Assembly: GCA_951406725.2 (NCBI GenBank)
Contig: OX597829.1
Span: 56,048,001 to 56,112,000 of the forward strand
Length of the DNA stretch: 64,000 nt
Direction of reading: 5' to 3'
DNA from: Octopus vulgaris
Taxonomy: Eukaryota
Below are positions 14,660 through 29,866 of this stretch, in pieces (the first letter of the stretch is position 1; each line of letters opens with the position of its first letter). The notes beneath the pieces are model-generated. The model was not told where the DNA came from and did not search any database. It saw only the letters and a list, made by a program, of their open reading frames with translations. The position numbers and the translations under genes were made by a program.

Positions 14660-15695
14660 CGATACATGTGAACTACCAGTTAAAATAATCTTTTGCACCT
14701 CTCGCATTTATGGTAAACCAGGGATCATTCCCAAATAATTTTCCAAGTACTCCTACAATCACTGGTTTTGTAACCGTCTTGTGATGCCACATCTTTTCTA
14801 TATCGATTAGTAAATCTTTATATTTTCTGAGCTTATCAGGTTTTGCTCATGTCAATCAATAAACAGACTTTATTGTTTTGGTCTTTCACAACAATATCTG
14901 GTTTATTTGCTTTGATGGTCCGTTCTGTATGCACTGGAAAGTCCTAATCGTTACATTTCTCCCTCAGTAACAGCCTCAGAATGGTGCTTATACCATTTGT
15001 CGACAGTTTTCATTTTATAATGCCGATATATTAACCAGTGTAGATATTGGCCAACTCTATCATGTCTTGATTTGTACTCTACAGTGGCTAAATCTTTACA
15101 TATATTCAATCTCATAATAGATAAGACTGAAAGAGTGGACCACCTAATCTCTGGACGTAACGATTTAACACCAGCCTCTTGGGTAGCAGTTTGGATGTTG
15201 TGTCAAGCGAACCAATTTCCACAAGAATAATTTTGACTTGAACAACCCCTTTATCTCTTTGATATTTCACAATTTTCCAAATTACTTATGTATCCATTTT
15301 ATTGTCTTCTGTAATCATATCTGGTCCGCTTACGTCAATAGTATGATCTGCCTTTATGGAGAAATCAAAATAATCCTATAATTCTTATTTTCCATTACAG
15401 CATCTTGCTCATGTTCTCACAAGTTTTCAATCCACACACTCGGCAAACATCCCGATGCAATTTTTTACCTATACAGTCATGCTTGCCCTTATACACTTTT
15501 TGTGCAAAGTTGCTGCATTCACTGAATATTTTTGACTCCTTTCCCACAGATTCTGTATTTGCTCTCTGTCTGGGTTTTATCAATCTTTACCGATATCAAT
15601 TTTGTCCAAATGGCTTGTTTCTTGAGCGCCTATGATTAGCAATTCGGTTTCTCGTTTCAGGTTTTCGTCCGTTAGCAGTGACTAGTGTTCTTTAC
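14660..15695 (-). mobile_element. Two R4/Dong-type LINE 3' ends (RLE domain)
   Basis: RHDRVGQYLHW, IKANKPDIVVKD and IVGVLG (14660-15080); KHDCIGKKLH and RPDMI (15130-15695). Confidence 0.7.
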
Positions 15696-15732
15696 TCTCA
15701 ATATTATTATTATTACCAATGTTATTATTAGT

Positions 15733-15945
15733 AAAGGAGCGAGCTGGCAGAATCGTAAGCACGCCGGCGGCGAAAATGCTTGGCGGCATTTCGTCCGTCC
15801 TTATGTTCTGCGTTCAAATTCCACCGAGGTCGACTTTGCTTTTTAATGCTTTCAGAGTCGATGAAATAAGTACCAGTTATGTACTGGGGTCGATGTAATC
15901 GACTATCCCCCTTCCCAAAATTTCAGGCCTTGTGCCGAGAGTAGA

Positions 15946-15950
<5 letters not shown>
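15733..15950 (+). mobile_element. Meta-type SINE followed by (TTA)n
   Basis: Full head-to-tail match to the 7329 copy. Confidence 0.85.
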
Positions 15951-16017
<67 letters not shown>

Positions 16018-16154
16018 CATTCTCATACATTTCACTTAGAGCTGTCGATTTCACTTGCTCCAACTAATTCGGTAAGAGCAGACAGCAACCTGGGGTTTCA
16101 CATCAAATTGATCATCGTTGCTATTGTTGTTGTTGTTGTTGTTGTTTTTGTCAT

Positions 16155-16205
<51 letters not shown>

Positions 16206-16384
16206 CACTACTACTACTACTACTAATACTACTTCTACTACTACTGCTACTACAACTACTACTACATCGCTTTTCATACTTTCATGTTCGATTAAAGAAC
16301 TGAGATCAATGTAATCGGTCCACACCCTCTCACCAAAAACTTGCTAGCCTTCTGCTAAAATCTTAAATTATTACCATTAAAGCA

Positions 16385-16600
16385 AGCCAGTGGAATCATT
16401 AGCACGCCGGACAAAATGTTTAGCGGCATTTTGTCATTTTTTTACGTTCTCAGTTCAAATTCCACCGAGGTCGACTTTGCCTTTCATCATTTCGGGGTCG
16501 ATAAAATAAGTATCAGTTGAGCCCTGAGGTCGATATAATCGACTTACCCCCTCCCCCGTTATATTGCTGACCTTGGGGGATCAAAACTTGAAACCATTAT
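16385..16600 (+). mobile_element. Meta-type SINE
   Basis: Same family sequence. Confidence 0.85.
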
Positions 16601-18009
16601 TACTCTCATTGAAATATTATCTGTAAGTTGTTACTTTGTGGATATTACTTTCGTTGCTAAATTTCTTTTAATTCTTCACGGCGAGTTGATTACGAATCAT
16701 TTTATTTCCAAACTAATCAGGAAATAACTTTAATTCCACATCTAGCATATCCTAAAGGTAAACTGAATACATTGTTCTTCTGAGATTTATTGTTGTTCTG
16801 TTAAAGTTGAAGATGAGTAATAAACTATATCCTTTTTTATCAGTCACAGTATATCTAAGAATCGATTATCTGATGTCATTTTAGGACATAGTGTATGATC
16901 TGAGGAGAATATGTTCGTTGCTAAGGTTGTTTGCTGGTGCACAAACGAGAGGCGAAAATTATGTAGATATTCATCCGAAACAAAGAATGGTCGAGATACT
17001 TTAATTGGCTTCAATTGTCTGTAATCTTTTTCCGACTTGTATATCCATTCACAGCAGTTAATAACTTGAGCATTTAACGTCCGAATTGTAATAGTATTTA
17101 AACGACTAATAAAAAAAAATGACAGAAGACAAATAGTATTTAGAAGCTGAGGAAAGGATAGAAATAACGAAAATATGGACGGCAATCTGCCGGGAAATAT
17201 TCACGTTCGTGTGTATGTATGTGAGAGCGATTGTGTGTGATCATATGTGACTATATATACGTGTATGTATGTGCGTCCGCGTGCGTATTTGAATGAGTGT
17301 ATATATGTGCATTAAAGAGAGATAGAAGAATGTTGGTAGATAAATTGCATAATAATGCGAAAGAGGTGAAATAGCATTTCTTGGCATAAAATGAAGTATG
17401 CTGATCGGCTTTCGGTTGACTTGAGGAACAACAACACATTTCTGGATGACTTACAACTTACGATGTTAATGATCCAACTCTATATTAATGAGTGACTGTA
17501 GCTTTTAGTTTAGATATTATCTTAATTATATTTTCACTTGTCGAAATGTTGTTATAAGGTCGTACTTATCATTCATGCCAGTCAATATTGTAAAGTAGAC
17601 GTCTATCTTTATTCAAAGTTTAATCGTAATTAAATACGTATGACGTGTGTATGCGTGTGTGTGTGTGTGTGTGAGTATGTATGGTGTGTGTATTGTGTGT
17701 GTGTGTGTGTGGTGTGCGCGCGCGCGCGTGTGTGAGTGCATCTGGTTATGTATATGGGTATGTCTTTGAATATTGTCTTAAAGTATATCGAAGGACAGGT
17801 AGCAGGAATTTATATATCTTTGAAATCTTCATCATCCCCATCGTCATCATCATCACTATCATTGTTATTGCTTTTGCCAACCAGTGTAGATGGAAAATTC
17901 ACCTTTGTATTTAACTGTCAAATCACAGATTATAATATCAAACAGATAATACTCTCCTTAAAATGTTCGCAGTACCAAGAAGTTTCAAAGGGGTTGATCC
18001 TTATACTCT

Positions 18010-20020
18010 GATCACAAACTCGTATCACTTTTACTTTCTCGCATTCCGGTCGTGTCTTCAATTTCAATTCGGAGTATTTTTGCAATCTTTTTGATCGCAA
18101 TATTCATGTCATTTGTTATGGCTACGTCAATGATCTGAAAATATTTGTCTTTCTTGTTCAGTACAATCATATTCGGTCGGTAATGTTCAATTACTTTCCC
18201 ATCCTCCTGCGTTACTTTACTTGGCACATGCTGATACCAATTCTTTGTCACTTCGTATTGGCATTTACAACATAAAAGCCAATGAAGATACAGACTTTAC
18301 CATGGCGGTGCTTTTGCCTCTTTTTGTGCCAGGCTTTCACATCCACTTACCAAGTGGGTTACAATTTCCATGTTCTTGTCACAGAGTCTGCATTTCTGTG
18401 AGTCAGAAGTCTTGTAGATGTTATACTTCACAGAATTCGTAACAAGAGCTTGGTCACGTGGTACATTTATAAGGCTTTCAGTGACACACTTCAAATCGCC
18501 TTGCTTAAGCCATGTCCATGAAGTCGCTTTATCCTTGATATCCTGTGTGTCTCTTTCAAATTGACCAGGCATTCTCATATCCAGATCTTTTCTTCAAGCC
18601 TTTGGTTAAATTCTTCCTTACCAAACATTTCATCTGCATTTATACCCTTATCTTCTGCTGAATATTGTAGCAACTTCTCGTCACTGTTTACCAGATATTT
18701 TCTGCAAGCGTTCTTTCTCTGCTAATACAATAATCCACACTGATGAGACCGATACCAACATTCTTTGTTTTTACACAATCTATTATATTTTCTTTAAAGT
18801 ACAAAGCTCCCAACAACTTTCTCGTCTTTCTATCCAACTTTTATATTTCTTCTTCGGTTCACTTGAGAACGGACCCACTATAACTAACCACAGCAAATGC
18901 GAAGATACTATTCCAGTGACTAGATTTCTTGCATTCAAATTGGATTTAAGAATCAATTTTACTCTTTTTAAATGCCTCTCTAATAGTTCTCCATGTAAAA
19001 TTTCATCCTGTTCTAAAACCTCCAAATCCCTGCATCCACTACCTTCTGGTTTACTATGGTTTCTCCCAATGGCAGCCGTAATCCACTACAGGGACCATTC
19101 TTCCATTTTCATATTTAGCAATGAGCATTTGGAAATCCTATATTCAATACCGATGTCGCTGCTACATATCTGGACTGTTTTAACCAAAGAATCTATCTAG
19201 TTTTCAGCCTTTCCCATCAGTTTCAAGTGATCCATAAACCGAAGGTGGTTTATGAATGGCCCTAACTTTCCACATTGCTAACTCATTTTAACTTTGCTAA
19301 ATGTCAGTGTTATAAATAAAAGTGCTATGAAAAAAGAGGAAAAATGAAACAAGTCAGAAGAGACCACTTTAATTTCTACTTCTATAAGGGATACATTGCT
19401 CGAGTACAACATCACAAATTTTCTTCTCCCAGGATAGAAGAAAATTTGTGACGTTGTCTACAATACCAAACTTCTACTGAATGAAGCACCACATCATATG
19501 CCTTCTTAAAGTCCATCCACGTGATAGAAATATTGGTGTCATGTTTTTCTACAATGCCTCAAAGCTGTCTTATCAATAACCAAGTGATTGTTAGTATTTT
19601 GGCATCTCTTCCTACATTTTTTGTTTTCTTTTTCTTGGTAACATTCCTCCTTATTGAAGACGATTTGTAAGTCTTTTCCGCAAATATTCCAGTAAATACC
19701 TTCCGTATATAATGCTTTAGAACGGTAATTACCCCCCACAACATTCTCCTTCTATCTTTGATTACAAGTGGTGTCCTTCCTGTCACCATCCAAGAGGGAA
19801 TTGCACTCCTCTTGAGACATTCACTCAATTGAGTTGCCAGTCTTTCATGAACCACATTGCTTCTCCTCAACTAAAAACCATGGATCCCATCTGGACCGGC
19901 AGCTTACCTTAGCCACTTGAGTCTTCACATCGATTGTGCTTATGGTAATAATTCTATCTTGATGGTTTCTATCTACTTAGCATCCATTCTTTGCATCATA
20001 GTGTTTCCATATATCCCATT
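18010..20020 (-). mobile_element. R4/Dong-clade LINE (RT to RLE), degenerate
   Basis: AAGPDGIHGF, PSWMVTGRT, WMDFKKAYD, HLRFMDHLKL, NLNARN, CRLC...HLVSGC and RPNMI...IIDVAI. Confidence 0.85.
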
Positions 20021-20054
20021 TCAGAACTCGTTGTTGTTGTTGTTATTATTATGA

Positions 20055-20086
<32 letters not shown>

Positions 20087-20088
<2 letters not shown>

Positions 20089-20290
20089 GGCGGTGAGCGA
20101 CAGAATCCTCATTGCATATAACAAAGTACTTAGCAGCATTTCTTCCAGCTCTTTACATTCGAAGCTGAAATTCTGCTGAAGAAAATTATTCCTTTCATCA
20201 TTTTGTGGTCCATAAAATTCTGAGGTAATTGACTAACCTCTTCTCCCTACATTTTCTGACCCTGTCCCAAAAACTTGAAACAAGTATTGT
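20087..20290 (+). mobile_element. Degenerate Meta-type SINE
   Basis: aaggcggtgagcgacagaatc...cctttcatcattttgtggtc. Confidence 0.6.
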
Positions 20291-23262
20291 TGTTGTTGTT
20301 GTTGTATATTCTTCGCTTTGGCTCGTAAACGGTTAGTCGCTTTAGTTTGAAATACAATGTTTTGTTTAATTTTTGTTGGACGCCTCGTTAGATAAGAACC
20401 CCCTATTCCACTGCTCCACTAAATGAAGAGGGCAACAGTAAACGTAGACTTTAAATGGCACCTTTCTTATAACAAAAGTATTTAGCATAACGTTAATGTC
20501 CATGTCTAAAATCGTGGAGACACCAAAACACGCTAAACTAAACTAAATTATTTGGTAGACAAGGAAGTGGTTCGTCTGACTACGACACTGAATGGAAACT
20601 AATCCTCTTACCTCAACTCAAACATCACCAGCTTCATTGTCACCCCACCCTCAGCAGTCGTAGTGACGGGACAAGCCTGACAGACGCATACGAGAGATAT
20701 AATCCCAACAACGGCTTTAGATGTCAGCTAGAGTATCGTTAGCAATGGTCATGTCAAACAAAGCTCAGAGAAATAACTGTAAGAGAGGAGTGTCCATTTC
20801 CACCACCACTACCACCATTATAACAACTAAGTGCATCAGCAGAAACAAAAATCACCTCAGTAGGAGGTGAAAGTTCCAAAAGCAAAGGCAACACAAGCAA
20901 AAAAACGACGACTGCAACAGCGGAAGCAATGACACCACCAAATCACAAGTCATAAGTAACAACAATTACCAGGCTTCGTTCGCTGAAGTAGGCTCCACAA
21001 GGGAATGATGCGATCTTTCTCTATAGAACGGGTGAAATTAGAAAATGCCGCTGAGTTTTTAAAAATCGAGGGGAAGAAGGGCAGAGCTTTCTAGAAAGGT
21101 TATTATTTATCAGTCCGTGACTTAAACAACTCATCACCTGGAGGCAGGCGCTAACGCACAATAGAGTTCTTCACGAAGTAAGGTAAGACATCGTAGATAT
21201 ATCTAGGGAAAGGCAGGTCGGTTTGGTCGAGATCCTCGCTGCAGAGTGAATTCTGCTCTCTTCCCCACGTATTTGGGAAGAAGGACGGTAAAGGCAACAA
21301 TATGGACGAGATCTCAGGTGGATATTGGCATGCATTATGTTGGAAAGGAATGAAACTGGATGCGTAGAGGATTAGACAGGAGACTGCTATGAGAACCATA
21401 ATGGAGGATCTTCTCCATCTGAAATCTTGGGCATCTAGAAAATATCTCAGACCTCATCTCCCTACCGAATAGGGCGGAACAATGAGCAATTTTGGAGAAC
21501 GGATAGTCAAGATGTGATGCCTGTAGAACAACTGATAATTTCAGAGCATTCTTCCTACACAAACATAGCAGGAAAGGGGAAACGAGCGCCCCATTGCTAC
21601 TTACACCATCGCTGTAATAACAACAACAGTGTTCAATAACAGAAGTAGTAGTAACAATAGTAGTAAAGAAAAAAGGAATTACAATAGCAGTATCTGGACC
21701 AACAGCAGTAACAACAGAAACTATGGAAACAGTAATAGCTGTACCACCAACAACATTGATATCAAATTCGCCAGCAGTAGCAACTGAGGTTTGAGAAAAA
21801 TAATGACTATGATAAAATAATCCCTCCGTGGGAATATTCCAAACCAACATTGTCTTTTCCTTTGACCCTATTCCCCCTCCAGCATGCACAAAAGAAATGC
21901 CCCAGCACCCACCCAACTTGAAGTCTTTCAACCATTCCTCTGGTGATGGGGTAGGTAAGGAAAGCAAAACAAAAGGAAGTGAAAAAAATCAAAAAGAAAA
22001 GGGGAAGCTCACATAAAACGACATTAACTCTAAACAACAAGTACAGCATCACGACCACAAACCTCTCTTTACTGCAACAAAAAGAATGCATAAACGAAGC
22101 AACAACGAACACGCAACAGAAAAAACGAGCAAATATAGAAACTCGTCAAGAAACAGAGCGGAAATAACTCTCAGAACAACAACAGATTGCATCATCTTCC
22201 AACTTTGTTCCAGTAAGAAGGAAAAATAAAGAACTACTATCACGCTTTGCACAAAATCGAGACATGGTCAGTGAAGGGGAATGCGTTCGATAAAAGTACA
22301 GTGAAAATCTCGAAGGATCTGAAATTAGTAAGGCTGCCAATAGATACATTTTGGGAGATGAGAGAGAGTTTCCTGAATGACGTCGGAAACTCCAGCATCA
22401 CGATCTTTCCCAACGAGTTCTATAAACAAAGAAGGGATTTTTATACAACCGATTACCTAAAGGAAAATCATCCAGGTAGGTGACACTTTTTTCTTCTTCC
22501 CTTCTTTCCTACCATCATGGCAGCTTTAACAACAGGTTGCATAAATATACATAGCCTAGGTCAATCTGGAAATAGGGACGTCTGCTCTATGACCTCAGGT
22601 CACTAGCTATGAGCGTAACAGCAATCAGCGAGACTATTTCCGACACACTAGCTTATGGCGCACATTTTTTAATGACTTGCAATGGGAGACGAAATGACAA
22701 TATTGTTTCAGACAAGCCTGGGTCTTGAGAGGCGGTCGAGTTTCTTAGACTCGGACGGTCCTAAATATGAACAGTAGCGAAGAGGGTGCTTTCACGCTGA
22801 TAGATGTCTAAACCCCAACAGGGGGTGGGCAACCAGATCTCTTCATGGTTTGGAATATTTCCTCGGAACGTCCCACTCTTTTGTGTTAGTGGGCGATTGG
22901 AACGCTATCTTGAATGTATGTTGGGATTATGAGCTGATCGGAAAGGTAGTTACAAAAGCCTTGCACGACTGTTCAGAATTTCCCGAATGTGCCAGTATCG
23001 AATGTTCCAGATCGTATCTAGTCAGAGAATCATGTAGGCCAACAGACAGAGATAGCATAGGGTATTCACATTTCAAATTATTCGGAAAGAAAGATCACAA
23101 ATTTGTGGTTTGATACGTTACAGAAAACAGAGCAGTCCTTTCCCGGCACGCCAAGCCTACAGAGACTGAATTAGCAAACTATTTAGGCGAGTATTAACGG
23201 AAGCAGTCGTCAAAAACCAATGATGCTTAGCTTTTAAGGGGGCTACTAGATTAGAATTGATA

Positions 23263-23608
23263 ATACAGTTCTGTATTTAAGACATGAGGAATTATGTACA
23301 TTATTTACATTATTTACACTTGACGGATATTTTCCTCATCTTGTTTGTTGTTAACACAATGTTTCGGTTGACATACCTTCAAGCCTTTTTCGGGTGTCTT
23401 GGGGAAATTTCGAACCTAGGCTCTCATTCCTAAGGTATTTTTCGATGTTATTGTTGTTGTTGTTGTTGTTGTTGTTCAGGTCACTGCTTGGAATCAAACT
23501 CGGAATCTTGGGGTTAGTAGCACTCGCTCTTAACCACTACGCCACAATCCCGTGGTTAAGAGCGCGGGCTACTAGCCCCAAGATTCCGAGTTCGATTCCA
23601 GGCAGTGA

Positions 23609-23667
<59 letters not shown>

Positions 23668-23808
23668 TCGAAAAATACCTTAGGAATGAGAACTCAGGCT
23701 GGAAATTTCCTCAAGACACCTGAAGAAGGCTGATGAGGGTATATCAGCCGAAACATTGTGTTAACAATAAACAAGATGAGGACAAATATCTGTCGAATGT
23801 AAATAATA
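23263..23808. mobile_element. Head-to-head palindromic pair of a tRNA-headed, hammerhead-tailed SINE
   Basis: 23263-23551 is the reverse complement of 23552-23808 (left arm slightly longer). TSD tagaattgata at 23252-23262 and 23809-23819. Confidence 0.85.
23715..23762 (+). ncRNA. Minimal type I hammerhead ribozyme motif (Penelope-type)
   Basis: Stem I GACAC/GUGUU, core CUGAAGA(A), stem II GGCUGAU/AUCAGCC, GAAAC, then AUU triplet. Confidence 0.7.
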
Positions 23809-24789
23809 TAGAATTGATAGTCGTAGAAAATTCTAGAGTTCAAGGAGAGCTAGTTAGGAACCTAGAAAATAGTCGTGCTGACAGCAAGTTTGACCCTTGG
23901 CCAACTCTTCGACGCGAAGTACGAAGGCTTTGTTGTCAGAACTAAATCATGTGTTTTAAAGTATGGGGGAACAAAATTCGTTTGATGGGCCCGAGATGCA
24001 GAGGTACACCATGGAAACAAAGTAAAATGTTCAAAAGTTGGAACACTGTAATGTACAGCGACATCTGCTCGGTGGTCAGAGTAAATGGCCATCAATCGGA
24101 ACCGATCGGTAATATGTTCGATCCGTCGAAACCGTTCTGTCTCGCCTGTACGCTACTTACTGGTGCTCGCGTCACAATTGCGAAAATTAGAAGTTTCGGG
24201 GGGCATCCCACATGAACTACAATGTGAAAGAGATGTGTCAGTATATGCGGACAACGTCACCGTAATAACATCGGATACTAACCACATCTGACAGAGGACA
24301 AAGCGGTGATAGGAGCAAAAATCAGAGACGAAAAGCCAGAAGGTCTGAAGCCTGGAATGTGGACTATGAGGTAAATCCACACCACCCAGTAGTGTAGTGG
24401 AACGCTAGACTGAAAGACCGGCTAAATTTCTCGGCTTCTGGTTTGGCCCTAACTTCCAGCTGGACAAAACCTGGGGCAAGGTAATCAGCAGGTTGTCTAA
24501 TCTCACCCAGAAATGGGCTGAGGTGAGCTATCTCTGAAACGTACAGTGGAGGGGACAAACGCCTACATCGCATCTGTCATTAACTACCGCCTGGCTGTCT
24601 TGCTTTGTCCAGCTTCATGGCTGATCAGACTAGGACGCTTGCTCTTACACTTTGTGTGGAGGGGAAAGGCTCCACTGGTCAGACGGTTCATTTGGCTGCC
24701 AACATCCGTTACATAGAGGTCAACTGGCTGGCCTGTTCCGAAGGACTTTCGGTGCTGGGCCTACGAATGATTTCCAGAAATTTCTGACT

Positions 24790-26254
<1,465 letters not shown>

Positions 26255-26272
26255 TATTATTATTATTATTTA

Positions 26273-26510
26273 AGACGTTGCACAGTATCCAATATCGTGG
26301 GGTTGTTGATTGAAGATATTGTGTCTACCGCGGGTTTGTACTGTTTGAAAATTCATAACAAGGACCTCAGACAAACAGTACTTTATACAATATGTGTGCA
26401 GTTCCAAGTAATGCCGATTTTTGTAATACACCTAGATTGTGGAGTATTTCTAAAGTCTCCAGATGTCTTTTTCAAGGTGGATGGTATTGAACCCAACTGA
26501 ACAGATTAGA
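26273..26510 (-). mobile_element. R4/Dong-type LINE extreme 3' end ending in (TAA)/(TGA)n
   Basis: LGSIPSTLK...QKSALLGTAHIVYKVL then a 3' UTR. Confidence 0.7.
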
Positions 26511-26929
26511 CTGTTGGAAAAGAAAAAAAATCCTAACATCGGGCTACAACAAGTAACCTTAGATACCAAAATCCAGCTTCCAAATCCTGTTTTCTGATTT
26601 GGTAACATTGATTACATTTAAAACTTCATTAACATTTTTCTGATTTTTTTCTGGAACAAATAAATAACAAAATCGGATTTAACGTGGAAAATTATTTCAA
26701 TATACCAAATTTGAAACTTTTGACGTAATTTTAAAATTTCACAGTATGTGACGGCAACAGGGAAGACTCCACAAAAGTAGAGAGAGACAGACATTTATAG
26801 GAAGTCACACACATACGCGCGCGCACGCACGCAATCACTGAAACGTGCACACACACACACACACACACACTGAAATACGCGCACGTATTTACAAACTCGT
26901 GATTACCTGTGTACGTTTGTATATGCGGG

Positions 26930-27017
26930 TTTCAGTGTGTGTATATATGTATGTATATATGCATGTATGTATGTATGTATATATGTATGCATGCATGCAT
27001 GTATGTATATATGTGTG

Positions 27018-27051
<34 letters not shown>

Positions 27052-27665
27052 TGTATATATGTATGCATGCATGCATGTATGTATATATGTATGTATATAT
27101 GCATGTATGTATGTATGTATATATGTATGCATGCATGCATGTATGTATATATGTATGTATATATGTATGTATGTATGTATGTATGTGTATGTATGTATGT
27201 ATGTATGTGTGTATGTATGTGTGTGTGTATGTATGCATGTGTGTATGTATGCATGTATGTATGTATGTATGTATGTACGTACGTATGTATGTATGTATGT
27301 ATGTATGCATGCATGTATGTATGTATGTATGTATGTATGTATGTGTGTGTGTATGTGTATGTATGCATGCATGTATGTATGTATGTATGTAAGTATGTAT
27401 GTATGTATGTATGTATGTATGTATGTATGTATGCATGTATGTATGTATGTATGTATGTATGTAAGTATGTATGTATGTATGTATGTATGTATGTATGTAT
27501 GTATGTATGTATGTATGTATGTATGTATGTATGTATGTATGTACGTACGTACATACGTACGTACGTATGTATGTATGTATGTATGTATGTATGTATGTAT
27601 GTATGTATGTATGTATGTATGTATGTAGGTAGGTAGGTATGTATGTATGTATGTATGTATACATG
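26930..27665. repeat. (TATG)n compound microsatellite
   Basis: Direct tandem repeats. Confidence 0.95.
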
Positions 27666-29817
27666 CATGCAAGTATTGCAATCGGGAGTTTGTGTTCGAG
27701 TTATACTTTTCTAGCAGTTTGGGAAGCGGTTTAGTTTGGAATTTTATTTTCTCTCGCCTTTGTTGTTTCATGATCTTCTCAGTCTTCATATCCGTATAAA
27801 ATGTCTCCATTTTATCGTCATTTTGACGAGTAGAATCAAGAATTTCTTCAAGTGTTAATAAATGTACAAACCTTTTCTGTTCAAGCTAAACATATTTTCC
27901 AACAATGGAATATGAAAAATCTTTAATAACAAAAGATAAATCTTTAACATAGACGTGTTTTCAGTGTATCGTTTGAGAGAAGTATTCTTTACATATATGT
28001 GTGCGTTTGTGCATGTATATATATGACATCTGATACGTGCGTATGTGTGTGTATGTGTGTGTCTGTGTGCGTGCGTGTGCGTGTGTGTGTGTATATCTGT
28101 GCACTTGTTTCATATTAAAAAGTCAAACCTGATCTCTTCAGCTGTTTACGTTCTTGTTTCTCCTCATAGAGGACAGATAAATTGAGTACTGTTTCAATCG
28201 TACAATCGGTACTCAGTCCATACAGCTGGCTCGATTTCTGTCTCAGCAGGCAAATACTAATTCATCTATTTTAAAGAATGAAATAAACTGTATAAAGTTT
28301 ATGCGTGTGATAACGCCAGCAAAGTAGCTATACGAATGGACTCTGTTCAGAAACAATCCAATTGTTTCTTAAATAATATAATGCTTTCTTGTAATCAGAC
28401 ATATGTCTAATCAATGTAGAAATAGGATATAACGATTGGCATGTCCTGATTATATCAGTGGTACTTTCTATATTGCCCCTCGATGTATGGAAAGTATTGC
28501 TAACCATGAGTGGATTTGAAAATGGAAAACACTATAAGGCGCTTTGAAACACAACGAGGTATTTTGTGAAACGCTCTATTCTGTTATCAACTCACTGTCT
28601 TTCTTTACATTAGATAATAAATTGCTCCGTTGCAAACAATAACTTCTTCGGTGCTTAGTCTGGCTTGCAATATATGAAGCTGGTAATAACACGGAGAAAT
28701 GGAGAAAAGCTAATTATAACTCATGTTTTCCATTAACGAGCAGAAACTTTGCGTGGAGTCCCCTTGCATATTGCTAACCTTGCATTATGAAATAAAGCAT
28801 GATTGATTGTCTGTCAGAAGAACTGGTTTGATTTCTCTTATCGCGAGAGAGGTTTCTGTACAAACAGGAAGCTTGTTCCTGATAAACGTATGACTGGGCC
28901 TAACAATGTGGTCTCTCCGCTTTGGCTAAATTAACAATTATGCGCGAATGGGGGTAAAATCTCACACTCTGGCCTACTATCAGTTTAACAACCGTAAACT
29001 ACCCAGTGTGCTAACTACCTGTTCGACAGTTTGTGTTTGCTTTAAATGCTAAAGTATATTAGCATAAATGTAAAAAGTATGACTTAACAATGTTAAGCAA
29101 TCCGTGATTACTTCTCTGGACTGTAAGCATGCTGCGTCCTCGATACATCTAAAACAACTAAATGCATATAGAAAAATTCCCTTTACACAAATAATAATTG
29201 CACTCAAGGAAACTCTATTCACACCAATCCGAAGTGCTTTAATGCAGCTTTGAAAACATGAATTACAGCCTAAAATACCGAGAGAAAATTTCATTGTTAT
29301 TTTAACTGACTACAATCTCTGCATTAACACGTACGACCATCAGGAAAGTGAGCCGTGCATTTGCACAGCAAACATTTTGCGACATTTTCTTACATTCTAG
29401 ACTGTAGACAAGGGTTCTGTTCGTTTACTAAGCCCACCCTCGCAGAATCACTCTTTAACTCAAAACACTCCAAAATCGTACTTAGAGCCATTGTATCTGC
29501 TTTCAGCTCCAGTTTGCGCAGACATAACACTTTCCATACTCTCTTTCTCGGATGTATTTACTTCATCATCAAATGTGTTGTAATAAAGTGGTTCGGTTTT
29601 TGATGTCACAAAAAAAGCAATTAACCATGATTAACGAACGTTCGGTGTGTCACTGTGATGGTCATATTCACACCAAACTTTTCAACATTGCAAGAACGCA
29701 TACTGACATACATTTTGAAACACACAAACACTAGTTTCCTACTTCTCTCTGTCTGTCCGTCTCTCTCTCTCTCTCTCTCTTTCTCTCTTTTTCCCTCTCT
29801 TTCTCTCTCCCTATCTT

Positions 29818-29866
<49 letters not shown>

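Noticed and set aside
21335-21967. 210-aa minus-strand ORF
   Set aside because: Antisense to the low-complexity ORF1-like region of the L1/Tx1 relic; no recognisable domain.
23552-23612. Functional tRNA gene
   Set aside because: It has A/B boxes but poor acceptor and anticodon pairing and continues into a repeat body; it is a SINE head.
23730-23737. Second hammerhead core CUGAUGAG
   Set aside because: It lies within stem II of the better-supported fold and has no stem I of its own.
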